Shown here in pieces: positions 1-14,535 of a stretch of 64,000 nucleotides of DNA (within the stretch, counting starts at the first letter, position 1; each line of letters opens with the position of its first letter). The translations under genes were made by a program, and so were the position numbers. Below the pieces are notes generated by a model. That model worked only from the letters and a program-made list of their open reading frames with translations. It had not been told where the DNA came from and did not search any database. The stretch comes from Octopus vulgaris (taxonomy: Eukaryota). Location: NCBI GenBank assembly GCA_951406725.2, contig OX597839.1:32054001-32118000 (forward strand), in the 5' to 3' direction.

Positions 1-191
1 TTACACAAAAAGATTAGTATTTTTAGAGATGAATTTTTTTTTTTGGTACTAACATCTACACTATTTTCCAATTAGTTGGATATCTGACTACCTTCAGGGG
101 TCTTATAACTAGTAGGGTCCATAGTACAGCATTAGATTCCAACTGAGAGTAGTAACATTCTTATCCACTAGGACACTGATGCATAAACATA

Positions 192-583
192 CCTTTTACT
201 TGTTTCAGTCATTAGACTGTGGCCATGCTGGGGCTCTGCCCTGGAGAATTTTTAATCAAATGAATCAACCCCTGTACTTTTTCTTTTTTAAAGCATGGTA
301 CTTATTATTATAACAGTCTGTTTTGCCAAACTGTGAAGATATGGGGGATGTAAACAAACCAACGCTAGTTATCAAGCAGTGGTAGGGGACAAACAGACAC
401 AATGACACATGCATTCATATATGATGGGCATCTTTCAGTTTCCACCTGCTAAATCCACTCACAAGGCTTTGGTCAGTCCAAGGCTATAGTAGCTACACTT
501 GCTCGAGGTGCCATTCTGTGGGACTGAACCTGGAACCATGTGGTTGGGAAACAAACTTCTTACCACACAGCCATGCCTGTGCT
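192..583 (-). mobile_element. tRNA-derived SINE family A (old, CpG-decayed copy)
   Basis: Matches the family with head GGCGCAGGAGTGGCTGTGTGGTAAG and body GCCTTGTGAGTGGATTTGGTAGACGGAAACTGAAAGAAG. Confidence 0.7.
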
Positions 584-2249
584 CACACATTTAATTTAGA
601 AATAAAAGTTTTGAGTTCAAATTCAGTCTAATATTATATACACATCCAGGAATAAAACACCTGATAAAAATCCAATATCAAAGCATTTAAAATGTAGTTT
701 AGATGCAAATATTTTAAAATTTCCAACTCTTAACATAAGGTTACTAATCTGACAAAAATGGTTAATCATATATACCCAGGTACTATTTGTAAGGAAGAAA
801 AAAGGGTTGAGACAGCAATTAAGTGTAAACATAGGTCCAGATAAAGTAAAAAGGGTGAAACAGTAGAAAAATCACAGAAAGATGTGAAACAGTTAACTAC
901 TTTGTTGGTAATTAATACCCTGAAGGGTCAAATGAGGAACAAAACAAAATGAATTAGGTTTGTCTGTAATGAACAAAATAAGTACAATAAGTACACAGAT
1001 AATAAACAAATAATTAATGACACAAAAAACATATATGGAGGTATATTACTTTGATAACTTATAATTTTGAAAGACTACAAAAAAATTTTTTTCATTGTCT
1101 GTTTTGAAAAGACTAGAAAACTGTATACATAACAAAAAATATTTGATGACAACTTATGTTTGGCAGTGAAACAATAAAATACTATATTCATTGCTTAATA
1201 TGGGAATCGATATACTTTTCATGTTTTGTCTCCCAGTGATCTTTCAGATAAAAGATATTTTATCAGAATTTTTTCAATAGTTTGACAATAACAACAACAA
1301 TAATGAATAACTGATAACTACTAAAATACGAAAGTGTAATAGTTCTTACTGCTTTTGATAAAACAGCTTTTGATAAAAATCTTTCTAAAAGAATGTAAAA
1401 TATAGGATATTCAATGAAAATATTGTTATTGAAGAGTAACGAATATAGTTTGGGCTCAAAGTGTAGTGTAAACATTTAAGAAGGGCTTAGTGAAATACAA
1501 TGGCAGATGCATTCAGCTGAGACACTAAAATAAAGGTGTAATACAACAGTCTGGTACATCAGACTGAATTAGTCATTGCTGTTGTTCTGTTTAGCCCAAG
1601 GTCAGCTCTGATCAAGCAGACCAATGATAAAAGACATTCCAGTTATAGCCATCCCATCATCTTGTATGTCAGAGACTACATTGTACAATGGTGTGATTTC
1701 TGGTCAATTTGACTATCATCTCAAGCAAGTCAAGAGACTGCATAGGGCTTCTCTTGTCTGAGAGTCAGTGTATTAATTAATTAGATGAGATCTGATAAAT
1801 TTTGACCTCCCGTTTGAGAAGATATAAGATCAAGCTGCTTGAAGTGAAGCTTTAATTAGGTCTATCCAATCAATGCCATCATAGAAAAATAATAATTAAC
1901 ATTTAAAAACTGACAATGATTATATGGATGATGAAAATGAATTGTGAAATGATAATGGAAATGTATAACCACACTATTTTAAATATACGCACTTATGCAT
2001 GGAAGTGTTGCTTCTACTTAATTAAATACACACGTGAATGTGCACAAATTTTGTGTGTGTAATTTTATTTCTTTCTTTTACTTGCTTCGGTCATAAGACA
2101 GCAGCCATGCTGGGGCACTACCTTCAAGAACTTTAGTCAAACAAACTGACCCAAGTACTAATTTTAAGCTTGGTGCTTATTCTATCAGTATCTTTTGCCA
2201 AACTGCTAAATTGAGGGACACAAACACACCAAGACCAGTTGTCAATCAG

Positions 2250-2597
2250 TGGTGTGCTCACAACATCATAAGCGGAAAGTGTAACCCCTCGAAAGAGCTG
2301 TTCTTCACTCCTGCCCCAGAGCGTCGGCTGCGGGGTCACTCCGAAAAGCTCTATCTGCGACATTTTCATCTCAGTCGAAGGAGAGGGGCTTTCTCCGTCT
2401 GGGTTGCGGATCCGTGGAATAAGCTGCCGGACGAGATGGTGAAGATGCCGACGACCGCTCGGTTCAAAGTCTCCCTTGACCACAAATGGCCTGAACTCTT
2501 TGCATGAACACCACCCTGTACATAACTCCATGTCCCCTACATGGCTTTGCTTTTTGCTTTTTGAGCCAAATAATTTAGTAACTAACTAACTAACTAA
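2250..2597 (+). mobile_element. CR1/L2-group LINE 3' end inserted in a SINE
   Basis: ORF2 C-terminal motifs LRGH...FSVWVADPWNKLP...FKVSLD, short 3'UTR and (TAAC)n tail; interrupts the SINE at 2070-2770. Confidence 0.8.
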
Positions 2598-2912
2598 ATA
2601 CCGACAAGAACATACATGCACACACACACAACAGGCTTCTTTCAGTTTCCATCTACCAGATCCACTCACAAGGCTATAGCAGAAGACAGTCACTCAAGGT
2701 GTCACACAATGGGACTGAACCCAGAACCATACAGTTGGGAAGCAAACTTCTTACCCCACAACCATGCCTTGTACAGTTTCTTTGAGAATATATTGTTTGG
2801 TATATTTTTATGTGTGACAGGTACAAAATTTGTAACAGGCATTTCAGTAAATTTTAGTGAGATAACATTTGTAGCACACAGGAGAATATAATGGAAATAT
2901 ATATTAAGATAT

Positions 2913-3203
2913 GGAGGCACAATGGCCCAGTGGTTAGGGCAGCGGACTCACGGTCGTAGGATCGCGGTTTCGATTCCCAGACTGGGCGTTGTGTGTGTTT
3001 ATTGAGCGAAAACACCTAAAAGCTCCACGAGGCTCCGGCAGGGGATGGTGATCCCTGCTGTACTCTTTCACCACTCTTTCTTCTGTTGGCCTGCTCGCTT
3101 AGCCAGCGGGGTGGTGTCGTTCGAAGGCTAAAACAATGCGAACGCATTGTGACCAGTGATGTGTAGCAACATCTGATGGACTGGTCGGTCACGTGATCAC
3201 GTG
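2913..3203 (+). mobile_element. tRNA-derived SINE family B, tail type 1
   Basis: Same head as above, different 3' half ending GATCACGTG; TSD ATATTAAGATAT. Confidence 0.8.
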
Positions 3204-3319
3204 ATATTAAGATATATTAAGCAGAAATATAGACCCAGATATGTAACCTAAAATTCTTATCATAAGAATAAAACAATTAACACACCTAACTTTAAAACAG
3301 CTAAAAATTGGTTAGTTTG

Positions 3320-3612
3320 TGAATTTTGCAGCCTTGCATCAAATGGCTTCCGTGCTGGTGGCACGTAAAATGCACCAATCCGACCGTGGCCGATGCCAGC
3401 CTCGCCTGGCACCAGTGCAGGTGGCACGTAAAAAGCACCCACTACACTCACGGAGTGGTTGGCGTTAGGAAGGGCATCCAGCCGTAGAAACATTGCCAGA
3501 TAAGACCGGAGCCTGGTGCAGCCTTCTGGCTTCCCAGATCCCCGGTCGAACCGTCCAACCCATGCCAGCATGGAGAACGGACGTTAAACGATGATGATGA
3601 TGATGATGATGA
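3320..3612 (+). mobile_element. Retroelement 3' end (RTE-type tail) with (GAT)n
   Basis: GGCGTTAGGAAGGGCATCCAGCCGTAGAAAC...GGACGTTAAAC(GAT)n. Further copies at ~14535-14980(-), 26440-26660(+), 27170-27487(+), 41617-41820(-), 60420-60643(+), 60670-60980(-). Confidence 0.7.
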
Positions 3613-4071
3613 TCGTAATCAACAAATCCTTGTTTGAAGGAGCAGCTGGAAAACTGAATCCATCATGACCACCACCACAGCTAATAGCAGTAACATCATT
3701 GTCATCACATACGCACACATAACACACCTCACACTTCTATCTTTTCCAAACTGAAATAGGTTCTTGGTGTTTGTGGATCACAAACCAATTGAACCATTGT
3801 AAACAATATGAACCTATTATCGGATTTGTTTGCAGAGCAAAACTGTTAATGACGATGAAATAACTGGATAAAGATGTTAGAGGGATCAAGGAAAGTAGAG
3901 AGAAGCTTTGGAAATTTGTAATGGATATTTAAAAACCATCAGTTTACAGAACAGGCATGACTGTGTGGTTGAGAATTCCACAAGTTAACTCCATGGTTTT
4001 GGGTTCAATAACACAATGAAACATTGAGCATGAAAGAGTGCCTGCCACCATACACCTGGTGCAGGAATTTT

Positions 4072-4437
4072 AGTGGCTGTGTGGTAAGTAGCTTGTTTAC
4101 CAACCACATGGTTCTGGGTTCAGTCCCACTGCATGGTACCTTCGGCAAGTGTCTTCTAGTATAGCCTCGGGCCGACCAAAGCCTTGTGAGTGGATTTGGT
4201 AGACGGAAACTGAAAGTAGCCTGTCGTATGTGTTTGTGTGTCTGTGTTTGTCCCTACAACATCGCTTGACAACCGATGCTGGTGTGTTTATGTCTCCGTT
4301 ACTTAGCGGTTGGGCAAAAGAGACCAATAGAATAAGTACTGGGCTTACAAAAGAATAAGTCCCGGGGTCGAGTTGCTCGATTAAAGGCAGTGCTCCAGCA
4401 TCGCCGCAGTCAAATGACTGAAACAAGTAAAAGAGTA
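4072..4437 (+). mobile_element. SINE family A
   Basis: High identity to other copies; AAAAGAGT tail. Confidence 0.8.
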
Positions 4438-4772
4438 TAGAGAGAGAGGGGGGGGGATAAAGAAACTTGAGACATATATTTACATACAACATAAAATACA
4501 CATCACAAAATAAAGAAAACGTTATGTAAAGTCTTGTCTCTACAGTTGTTTCAAAATGTCCATACTTTATATAATAACGATACTCATATGTAATGTGTGT
4601 ATGTTGTCATAGGAATGTGTCCAATTACAAGTCCAGATGAAATTGTTAAAGTAAGTTGGCACCCCTTTTCAAGAGCAGAGTAGACACCATCCACTGATGA
4701 AGATGTTCGAGTTTAAACTACCATCAACTTGAGTACTATTCTATGTTATCTATACTGAACTTATCTTACTTT

Positions 4773-4835
<63 letters not shown>

Positions 4836-4840
<5 letters not shown>

Positions 4841-5094
4841 CTGAGTAAGCACATAAATGCAAAGCAAGGTGGGAAAATAGTACTCAAATACCAAAGGTAA
4901 AGTAATATGCTTTTTTATTAAAGCTGCAAAATCATCACAAAAAACTGTTACTCAGAGTATCACATTCCCATTCATCAAGACTGGAATAAAATTGTGCACA
5001 GTTTTATTCCAGCCTTGATTACAGCTGTATGATGAACAGGAATGTGAAACTCTGAGTAACAGTTTTTTGTGATGTTTTTGCAGCTTTAATAAAT

Positions 5095-5095
<1 letters not shown>
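4836..5095. mobile_element. Penelope-like pseudo-LTR remnant with inverted repeat
   Basis: Inverted arms about 4914-4978 and 5030-5093 around an internal hairpin; embedded between (TA)n tracts. Confidence 0.55.
5023..5064 (+). ncRNA. Minimal type I hammerhead ribozyme, C3A variant (probably inactive copy)
   Basis: AGCTGT-ATGATGA-ACA(GGAA)TGT-GAAA-CTCTGAG-TA-ACAGTT: all three stems pair; only C3 of the core deviates. Confidence 0.65.
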
Positions 5096-5132
<37 letters not shown>

Positions 5133-5941
5133 TTGTTTGAAGTGGTGTATAGATTTTAGATATTAAGAAAAAAGAGATAGTCAGAAATTTAGATAATTAT
5201 ATAAGTGCTTTCATCTCTTTTCAAAGAATCATCAGAAATTATATTTTTACAGAAAATTTATTCCTTTTATATATATGTGAGTAGTTGAAAAAATCTAGAG
5301 ATGAATTGGGAAGAGAATGTTCTTTTGTTATTTGTGTATGTGTGTGGTGAATTTTTAGAGGCTTTGTTAGAGAGAGGAAAAAGGAAAGGAAGACAGAATG
5401 AACAGGAAAGAAAGAAGAAAAGAAAAAGGAAAAAGAAAGCAAGAAAAAATGGCAAAAGATGCAAACATTGTCAACAAAAATTAAAAAAGTGCTTTCAAAC
5501 AAAAATACCTTGTGGTATTTTTTGTGAGACAAAGCTTTGAAATGCAGTGAACCAGTGATTGTCTTGTTTAAAATTTGTGATCAACACTATTGTTTACCTA
5601 CTGTGGTATAAAACAGACACAGAAATAAAAACAACCACTAAAAAAAGAGTGAATAAATTCAATTAACCATAGCTCCCCAATCCCACAAAAGAATTTATGG
5701 CCTTATATTGTGACAGATGACTAAAATGGTTGGCAACAGGAAGTGCATCTAGCCATAAAACACTGCCTTAAAAAACACATCCTGCCAGTGAGGAGAAGCT
5801 GACATGAAACAGTAGTGGCGGTGGTGAAATTTGTTAGAAATCAGTATTTTACCTAGTTGGTGACAAATACCATTTGAAGTCATCTTTTCATTTTCGGTCC
5901 TGTGTTGATCAGGATCATCGATATGTTACACAAATCTATAT

Positions 5942-6290
5942 GGGCACTGGCACGGGTGTGTGGTAAGAAGTTTGCTTCCCAACCATACAGTTCCAGGTTC
6001 AGTCCCACTGTATGGCATCTTGGGCAAGTGTCTTCTACTATAGCTCCAAGCCAAACCAAAGCCTTGTGAGTAGCTTGATAGATGGAAACTGAAAGAAGGC
6101 CATCATGTGTGTGTGTGCATGTGTGTGAACTTGACAACTAGTGTTGGTTTGTTTACATCCCCATAACTTAGCAGTTCAGCAAAAAAAAAAGACCAATAGA
6201 TTAAGTACCAGGTTGATTTGTCCAACTAAACTCTTCAAGGTAGTATCCCAGCATGGCCACAGTCCAATGACCAAAGCAAGTAAAAATAAA
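5942..6290 (+). mobile_element. SINE family A (older)
   Basis: Diverged match to the other copies in the window. Confidence 0.7.
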
Positions 6291-9200
6291 AGTTGAAATT
6301 ATTATGAATGATTTACTAAGATTTACAGTTTTTTGTTGCTGACACTGAGGAATTGAAGAATTTAAAGAGTCCTCATCAGCCACCACCATTTTGCAGACAA
6401 ACCTAAACAAAAGCAATAGATTTCTGATTCATTATCAGAATTAGACATTTTATATATTTTTGTGTTGTTCAATAACATTTTTCATAAATGAGACAGAATC
6501 CATGATTTGTACAGAGCTCTCCAAGACTAAATTGAGTAAGACAAATATTTGTTATATGATTTATGAAGTCATACAGGACACAAGGAGTGGAAGTTAGACA
6601 AGTGTGATGAATGAAAAATATCAAAGAAGAAGCGCATTTACAAAAGCATAAGTCATTTGAAGGAGAGAAAACATTGAAAGAACATAGATAAATAATATTG
6701 GATTTGTAAATTACAACAGATGGTTTTATTCTAGATGCAGTCAAATGTCCACATTTGAAATTGATCTCAGGACAATCTGTATTATAAATGGATATCTTAA
6801 AAAATTCTACAAACACTGCAGCAGTTCCCTTTTATTGATTTTTAACCATAAGATCACAATCTTGTTAGAAAAATACCTTCAATAATTTATCTAATTATAT
6901 CAGTTCAGGTCTTTTCTGCAAACATTTTGTTTGTTAATTTGTAGCAAAAATAAATTTCATTTTCATCATTAGCATACAAAACTAAGTCGGTATACCAAAT
7001 TTGAAAACAATTTGAACTAATTTGACAAAATACAAATTCTGTGACAGCAACTGAAAAGATCCAGCAACCCAATACTTTCTGCATGGAATTCATTTTTATC
7101 TACCTCAGAAAGAAGGAAAGCAACGTTCATGTGAGAGGGATCAGAATGGAGAACCTGATGGAATGTAATCAAATACCAACTTTCGGCCCCTATTGATTCT
7201 GACAATACACGACTAAGACTTTTCCATTCCATTAAAAATAGAGAATTAAATTGAAGAAATTTTACATTAAAACGAAAGAAAAAATATAGTAAAACCAAAA
7301 TAACAAAATCTACCATCATAGGGAGAAATAGGCTTTTATGTGGTTAATTGACTTCCTATAAAAAGCAGCCAGGAATTAGTGGTGTAACATGCGTTGTGCC
7401 CAATGCAAGGCAAGTATAGCAGAGAGGTCACAATATTTCTTTACTTATCATTGCTACTTTATTTTTATTCTTTTGAAATCTTGAACCACCCTCAGAGAAA
7501 TGGTTGTGTGGTTAAGAATTTCTTTTCTTCTTTTTTTGTAACTACATGGTTCTGGGTTTGATCCCATTGCACAGCACCTTGGGAGAGTGATTTCAACAAT
7601 GTTAACTAATATCATCTGAGTGAAATTCAGTGGACAGAAACTGTGCAGAAGCCTATCGTGAACAGTCAAATTTGCTGGGTTTTATTCAAATGTGTCCCAT
7701 CAGAGTCATTCAATAATGCCCAAAATAAATTTCAGCAAGTCTTTTTCAAAAATGTTCTATTTTAACATACTGATACATTAAAACATAATATCATCTTCTC
7801 AAATGAAAGGTGATCATATGATTAAAGTATAAACTATTTGTCAATACAAGAATAATTTTAGCAATTATCAAACTGAAAGGCAAAGTTCTTGACAAGCTGA
7901 AATCATGATTTAGCAGAACCAGCTGAACCCTTGTATGCTTTCTTCAGAGTTCACTCTGTGGCAAGAATTTGGATTTGATCTGAAGATAACTCAATATTTT
8001 CAGGTGTAGGTTGCTTCCTATTACAGCAACCCACAAGATACAGTTGTCTCTTCTCCACCACCATCACACACATTTTCAAGGTAATTAGCAATGAGCTTCA
8101 AATGTAATCATTTTAAACTATTTATCTAATATTTGTATATTTTGTGTCGGAATACATTTTCAGTGAGGAGTGTTATTTCTCTTCTTCTGTTCATATTTAA
8201 AATAGATGTTATATTGTAGAGACTTCAGGCTTAAAATATGCATAAACAGACTGATTAATTATTTTAATATTGTTTTGTATTTAAAACTGGAAAACAATCA
8301 TTCTTGTGTAAATAGAAAAAGATGGAAATTACACAAACTTATGAAAAAGGAGGAAAAAAATGACTAATTTGAAAGAGCTTAAATTATATCTGCAGCAGTG
8401 TGCCATTGGTTTCTAAAGATGAATGTATGCTCACCACCTATTTATCACACCTCTCAAGATAATTATTTTCAATGTAAATTATTTTTTCTTTTCTCTTACA
8501 CTGAATATTCCTAATATATCATAAATTTATAATATGTATTTTACTTTGAGTTGAAAATGCATATTTAAATAAACATTGTGAAGAACAAAAATGGTTTTAA
8601 ATGATTTAGAAACAAATCAACTCAAAATGACTAACAATAGAATCTATTTTCAAACATTCCATTTCATATTCTTTTGTTTTATTTTTTTCCTTATTCCAAG
8701 AATAAAAAGAACCAAGTCAAAAGTAATCACTTATTGTTTAATATATTACAGAGTTTGAAAATGATTTGCTTAAAATGTGTCATCATTTAAGCACCAGATC
8801 TAGATTGCTTTAGATATCTACATAGCTATACACACAATCAGACAGTTGTGAACCAGCAACAGAGTGTTTGAGTCATTTCATTTCTGATGAACTCTTTTTC
8901 TAAAACTCCAAACTTACTATGTTATGTATAAGTCGGAGTGGTGACCTCATCTTGGTGGTTACTTTTTCACTATGTTTCATCTGTGTATGCTCCAGCTTTC
9001 TCCAGGTGTCTTGTGATTGCACTGCATTAACTAGTGCCTTTCTCCTCTACACTATGCCTGTGGGCAGTGTCAGAGTGAATTAATGTTAAAGGCTTATAAA
9101 GCACCAATGATGTTTAATACTGGCTCCGTACTGATTGGATAATACAATTCTCAAATCCAAAAGTAGTGGAAAAGTGACAACCAAGACAAGGACACCACTC

Positions 9201-12200
9201 CAACTAATACATATATAAAGATTCCTCATCTCAGAAATACAGAATTGTATTATCCAAACTTACTCCCTCATCTCTAGTCATTTTTATTCTTTCAAAATGC
9301 AAGTTATATTACCCTTGCCAAATTTCAATAATTAAGGAGGAGATAAATCTTAGCATTTATCATTATAGTTGATCTGATGTAATAAAGTGACAAATAAGCC
9401 TTCATAAACTTGCAATTGTATAAAAGACATAAATAAAGAAGAAGAATATAAAACATAAATGTTATCTGGTATGGGTTCTAGTTATGCAATACATATTCTA
9501 CACAGTTGACTGGAGGCTTTTCCGATGAAAAACTCCAAATCAGAACCAAAATAGATTATAGATATATAAATGTTTGCACGTTAGAGAATGATTCGTTTTT
9601 AACCACATGTTTAGTAAAGTTATAAATTCTCGACAATAAAACAGCTTGTGACAGGTTTATCCTCCTACCAAACAAATTGCAGGTAAAGATAAATGAATCA
9701 CGATAGTTGCAGGATATTCTACATTGACAGTGAGGGGTCAAAAATGGCTTGTATCACCAACAACTGGAAAATAAACCAAATTGTAGTCTAGAACTGAAAA
9801 AAAAAGACACCAAATAATATATGATATGTACCAGAACACAACTCTACCCAACTCCAGATCTAGTTCATTAAACTGGACAATGGGGCACACAAGTTATAGA
9901 AAGTTATCAAGAGAGTTTGGGAAAGTATTGATACAGATAAAGTGTTCTCCAATATAACCAAATTCTTCTGTAAGCTGCACAAAACAAAGTGCCTTTTTAT
10001 TGCTCCTCTTGTTGATAAATGAAGCAGTTTATATCAAGTGTATGCCAAGAATAGAGTCAGCTGTGAATCCTAGAAACTATTAACCTATCAGAGATAAATT
10101 GCTGTAGTTATTGCAAGAGTATGGGTGGTTAGGGTAATGATGTTGACATTTTTTCAATTACTGGGGATACAATATTTCTTGCAGTGTTCAGAGTTAGTTT
10201 CACAGGAAAAATAATAGTCAGTTGGTAATTTATAATATTTAGATCCCACTCTCCCAAATAACTTATTGATGTCTAAATTTTGCTTGGAAAAAATTTTCTA
10301 GAGGTTAAAATTGAGAATTTAAGAATTGTGACAGTCACTAAAATTATCGTATATAAGGCATAGCTGTGTTGTAAAGAAGTTCTCAAAGCAACCACATGTT
10401 TTCAGTATAAATCCTACTGTGTAGTACTTGGAGCAAATATCTTTTCTATAGTTCCAGGCTTGTGAGTGAATTTGGTAGCCAGAAACTGTGAAGAAATCTG
10501 TGTGTGTGTGTGTGTGCGTGTATTTGTATTCGTCACCTACTCCTTGACAACCAATGTTGATTCGTTTGTGTGTCTATAATTTGATGATTTGGCAAAAAAA
10601 AAAGGATCAATAGTATAGGTAAACAATCTTAGAATAAGAACTGGGGCTGATCTGTCCAACTAAACCTTTTAAGATGTAATTACAGCCCAATGACTGAAAC
10701 AACTGAAAGAAAATATCAAATATTTATGACAAAAAGTTGAATAAACTACACTAAGTTATTTTTTTACCTAACCTTTAAATTTGAGTCTAATTTTAGTAAT
10801 GTTAAAGTAGATGAGAAAAGCTTAGTAACATGTTACAAATTTTCTTATGCGTGTGTGTAATGATGTGTGTACATACTCTTATACACATCAGGCACACATT
10901 TCTAAATAACTTTAATTAAATTAGATGCCTCTTTTACTTCAGAGTTGACTGGGTGGCATTAAATAGGACATCTGGTAATAAAAGAAGCTTGATAGCATGA
11001 AGACTGGGAAAACAAAAGAAAAGAGGGGAATTGTGTAAAGAAATAAAACCAAGACCAAGTAAAAATAGTTGTGATTGCCATAGAATTGATAAATTAATAT
11101 TGGTTTTGACAATCTCAGAGTCGAAAAAAAATGTTTAAGTTTTATGATCTGTGGTTGAAAAAAAAAAGAAAAGGCAATCTGAATAGAAGTATTATATAAT
11201 AAGTCATTAAATGAACTAGAATGATTTCATTAATAAAAGTTCATCAAAATGTTGTTAGTTTTTAAAACTTTAAATTTAGCTAACCTAACTTTAGAAATCT
11301 GTGTGTGTGTGTGCATGCGCACGTGTGTGCGCGCATGCGTGTGTGAGCACACATATAACATGCTTGGTTTCAAGAAAACAGTTTAATACAAAAAATGAAA
11401 TAAAGTCAGCAGGAAAAGTTCAATTGTTAATTTAATTTAATTTTTTTCTTTTTTACAATTTGTTTCTTTTCAAGTTGAAATTCAATTCACTAGATTATAT
11501 TGACAATACAATTAGTATAAAAAGTTTAGTCCTCTCTTCAACATTTTAGTTTCTTTCATTATATTCAAATGAAATTCTGCTCGTACTATACATTTCAAAC
11601 CAACTGTAGAGTTATCGTGATTTTTAAAGAATGTTTACAATAGCTAAGAGAAATATAATTGATTTGTGAAATAAAAAAAAAAAAAAATGTAAAATATGAA
11701 AAAAAAAAATATTAAAAAATGGGGGGAAGTGACGTACAAACAAATCAATCTTGTAAGGACAATAACGGAATTAATGGTAGGTTGGTATGAGGGAGGGTGG
11801 GAGGAGTGAATTAAATTGTATTGTCAAGAAAATTATCAGGAAAAAAAAAGATGGCAAAAAGAATAAAAAAAGAAAAAACTATGTTGTAGTAGGGTTGAGA
11901 AGGTGAACAAAAACTTCCTGACAAAGAAAAAAAAAATGGTAAAAAATGGAATCCAGCAAGAAAATTATCTGTAATTAGTTATTTATTAGTGAAAGATAGT
12001 AACTATTGATTGGACAGAAAAAAAAGAAAGATTCAATTGTATATTTTAAACCATGGAATTCTTTTTAAAAATTTCTTAAAAATGATAATTTTAAGTGACA
12101 TAAAAGGACAATTATAAGAGATATAAAATTTGATGAGAAATCAAGAAACTACAAAGATATGAAGCATTTCCTGAAGGAAAGAAACTAAATAAATTGTTCA

Positions 12201-13102
12201 TTTTATTTTCACGGTATGACTAAAGTTATAGGAATATAACAATGTAAAATCGTATACAATAAACTTTTATATAAAATCAGATAAAAATTTGAACAGTAAA
12301 TGTAAACAAAGTGTAATTAATTTGATTTATTCATTTCTTCATATTTAGATGTGAATAAAATTACCAGAAATTCAAATATCTAAGCTAATTCTACTCAGCA
12401 TATGTAACAATTGACAGTTTGAACCTAATTGATGTGGATATATATTTAATATAACTGACAAATTGTAACAGTAGGTTTACAAATACATACACAATCCCAT
12501 TGATTCAAAAAGGATCTGACCCTAGTTTCTACAGCATTAAACAGATGGAAGATAAAATTACAACTTGATAGTCTAGTACTGTACTAGACATAACAAAGCA
12601 AACAATCGGAAAATAGACGTTAAATGATGATGATGATGATGATAATGATATATATATATATATATGACGGGCTTCTTTCTGTTTCTGTCCGCCAAATCCA
12701 CTCACGAGGCATTGGTTGGCCCAAGGCCGTAGTAGAAGGCTCAGCCATGTCTATATAAAGAATTTCAATAACTAGCCAGAATATGTTTTTTGGAGACATA
12801 TAAAGATGCTTTGGACAAAGAGAAGCAATGAACAGCAGCAAAGACCTTTTAAGGGGACAAAGCAACCTCACTTATATTGGTAACAATAAAATTCTTAAAA
12901 AGTATGGTTTATTATGAAGTGCCAAAACCTTTTGATTATACTTCTGCGACCTAATCACTAACAAGATTCCATTTTATTGACTGAAAATAATATTGTGTGT
13001 CATTCATTAGTCGGTGGGTGTGTTGGGGCATTGCCTTAAAGGGTTTACAAGAAACAAGTCAACCCCAAGTACTTATTTTAAAGTTAGCTAGTTACACTCT
13101 TC

Positions 13103-13495
13103 ACTCTTTTACATGTTTCAGTCATTTGACTGCGGCCATGCTGGAGCACCGCCTTTAATCGAGCAACTCAACCCCGGGACTTATTCTTTGTAAGCCCAGT
13201 ACTTATTCTATCGGTCTCTTTTGCCGAACCGCTAAGTGACGTGGACGTAAACACACCAGCATCGGTTGTCAAGCAATGCTAGGGGTACAAACACAGGCAC
13301 ACAAACACATATACATACATATACATATATATACGACAGGCTTCTTTCAGTTTCCGTCTACCAAATCCACTCACAAGGCATTGGTCGGCCTGAGGCTATA
13401 GCAGAAGACACTTGCCCAAGATGCCACGCAGTGGGACTGAACCTGGAACCATGTGGTTGGTTAGCAAGCTAATTACCACACTGCCACTCCTGCAC
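13103..13495 (-). mobile_element. SINE family A
   Basis: Full-length, high identity to the 15465, 17017 and 23784 copies. Confidence 0.85.
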
Positions 13496-14192
13496 CACAC
13501 TATTGATCTCTTTTGTCAAACTGCTGAATAACAAGGACAGAAGGACAGCAACAAACCAGCATCAGTGTTAAGTGGTGATGTGAGACAAATGTACCTCCAC
13601 CCCCCACCCATCCCACACAGTTCCATTCACCAAATTCGCTCACAAGTCATTGGTCAACCCAAGGCTATAGTAAAAGATACTTGCCCAAAGTGTTGTGTAG
13701 TGCGACTGAACCTGAAACCACATGATCACAAAGCTAGCTTCTTAACCACACAGCCATGGTGGAATGTGTGTGTGGGGGAGGGGGTCTTTTACTGTTCATT
13801 TTTTTTGTTCTCCCTTTGTATTTTTTTCTTAGTTCTACTCAACTTCAAACGTTAAAGTAACTTTCAAACGATTTCAAACAGATGCCATAGAATTGTGCCA
13901 CAGACGAGCTCACAGACATGTATGGAAGCTTTTTGATATGTCATAGTAGACAATTCTATTGAAAGATAAATGAAAGAGAACGTAGCAGTTTTTATGCACT
14001 TAAATGGCTGAAATAATTCTTTCACAAATGTAAATATGTAATAAATATACTGTGTGTTCCAGAACAATAAAAGGAGAATGCATCAGGGTGGTTTTTAAAT
14101 ATGAGCATTTTTTTTTTTTCTGTAATAATCAACAATGCATAATTAACATTTTCAGAATGCTGAGGATATGATTTTATAGAGACAAAGAATAA

Positions 14193-14262
14193 TATCATCA
14201 TCATCATCACCATCACCATCACCATCACCATCACCATCATCATCATCATCATCACCATCACC

Positions 14263-14294
<32 letters not shown>

Positions 14295-14346
14295 CATCAT
14301 CATCACCATCACCATCATCATCACCATCATCACCATCACCATCACC

Positions 14347-14377
<31 letters not shown>

Positions 14378-14496
14378 CCATCACCATCACCATCATCACC
14401 ATCATCATCATCATCACCATCACCATCATCATCATCATCATCACCATACCATAATATCATAATAATCAATCATCATCAATCACCATCACCATCATC

Positions 14497-14528
<32 letters not shown>

Positions 14529-14535
14529 CATCATC
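14193..14535. repeat. (CAT/CAC)n microsatellite
   Basis: Direct inspection. Confidence 0.95.

Noticed and set aside
4690-4740. CTGATGAAG hammerhead-like start
   Set aside because: No downstream GAAA, stem III or stem I partner.
6469-7319. Three consecutive minus-strand ORFs suggesting a pseudogene
   Set aside because: No recognisable motif or splice structure; cannot be supported without a database search.
14022-14469. Poly-M/V and poly-D/G ORFs
   Set aside because: (CAT/CAC)n microsatellite.
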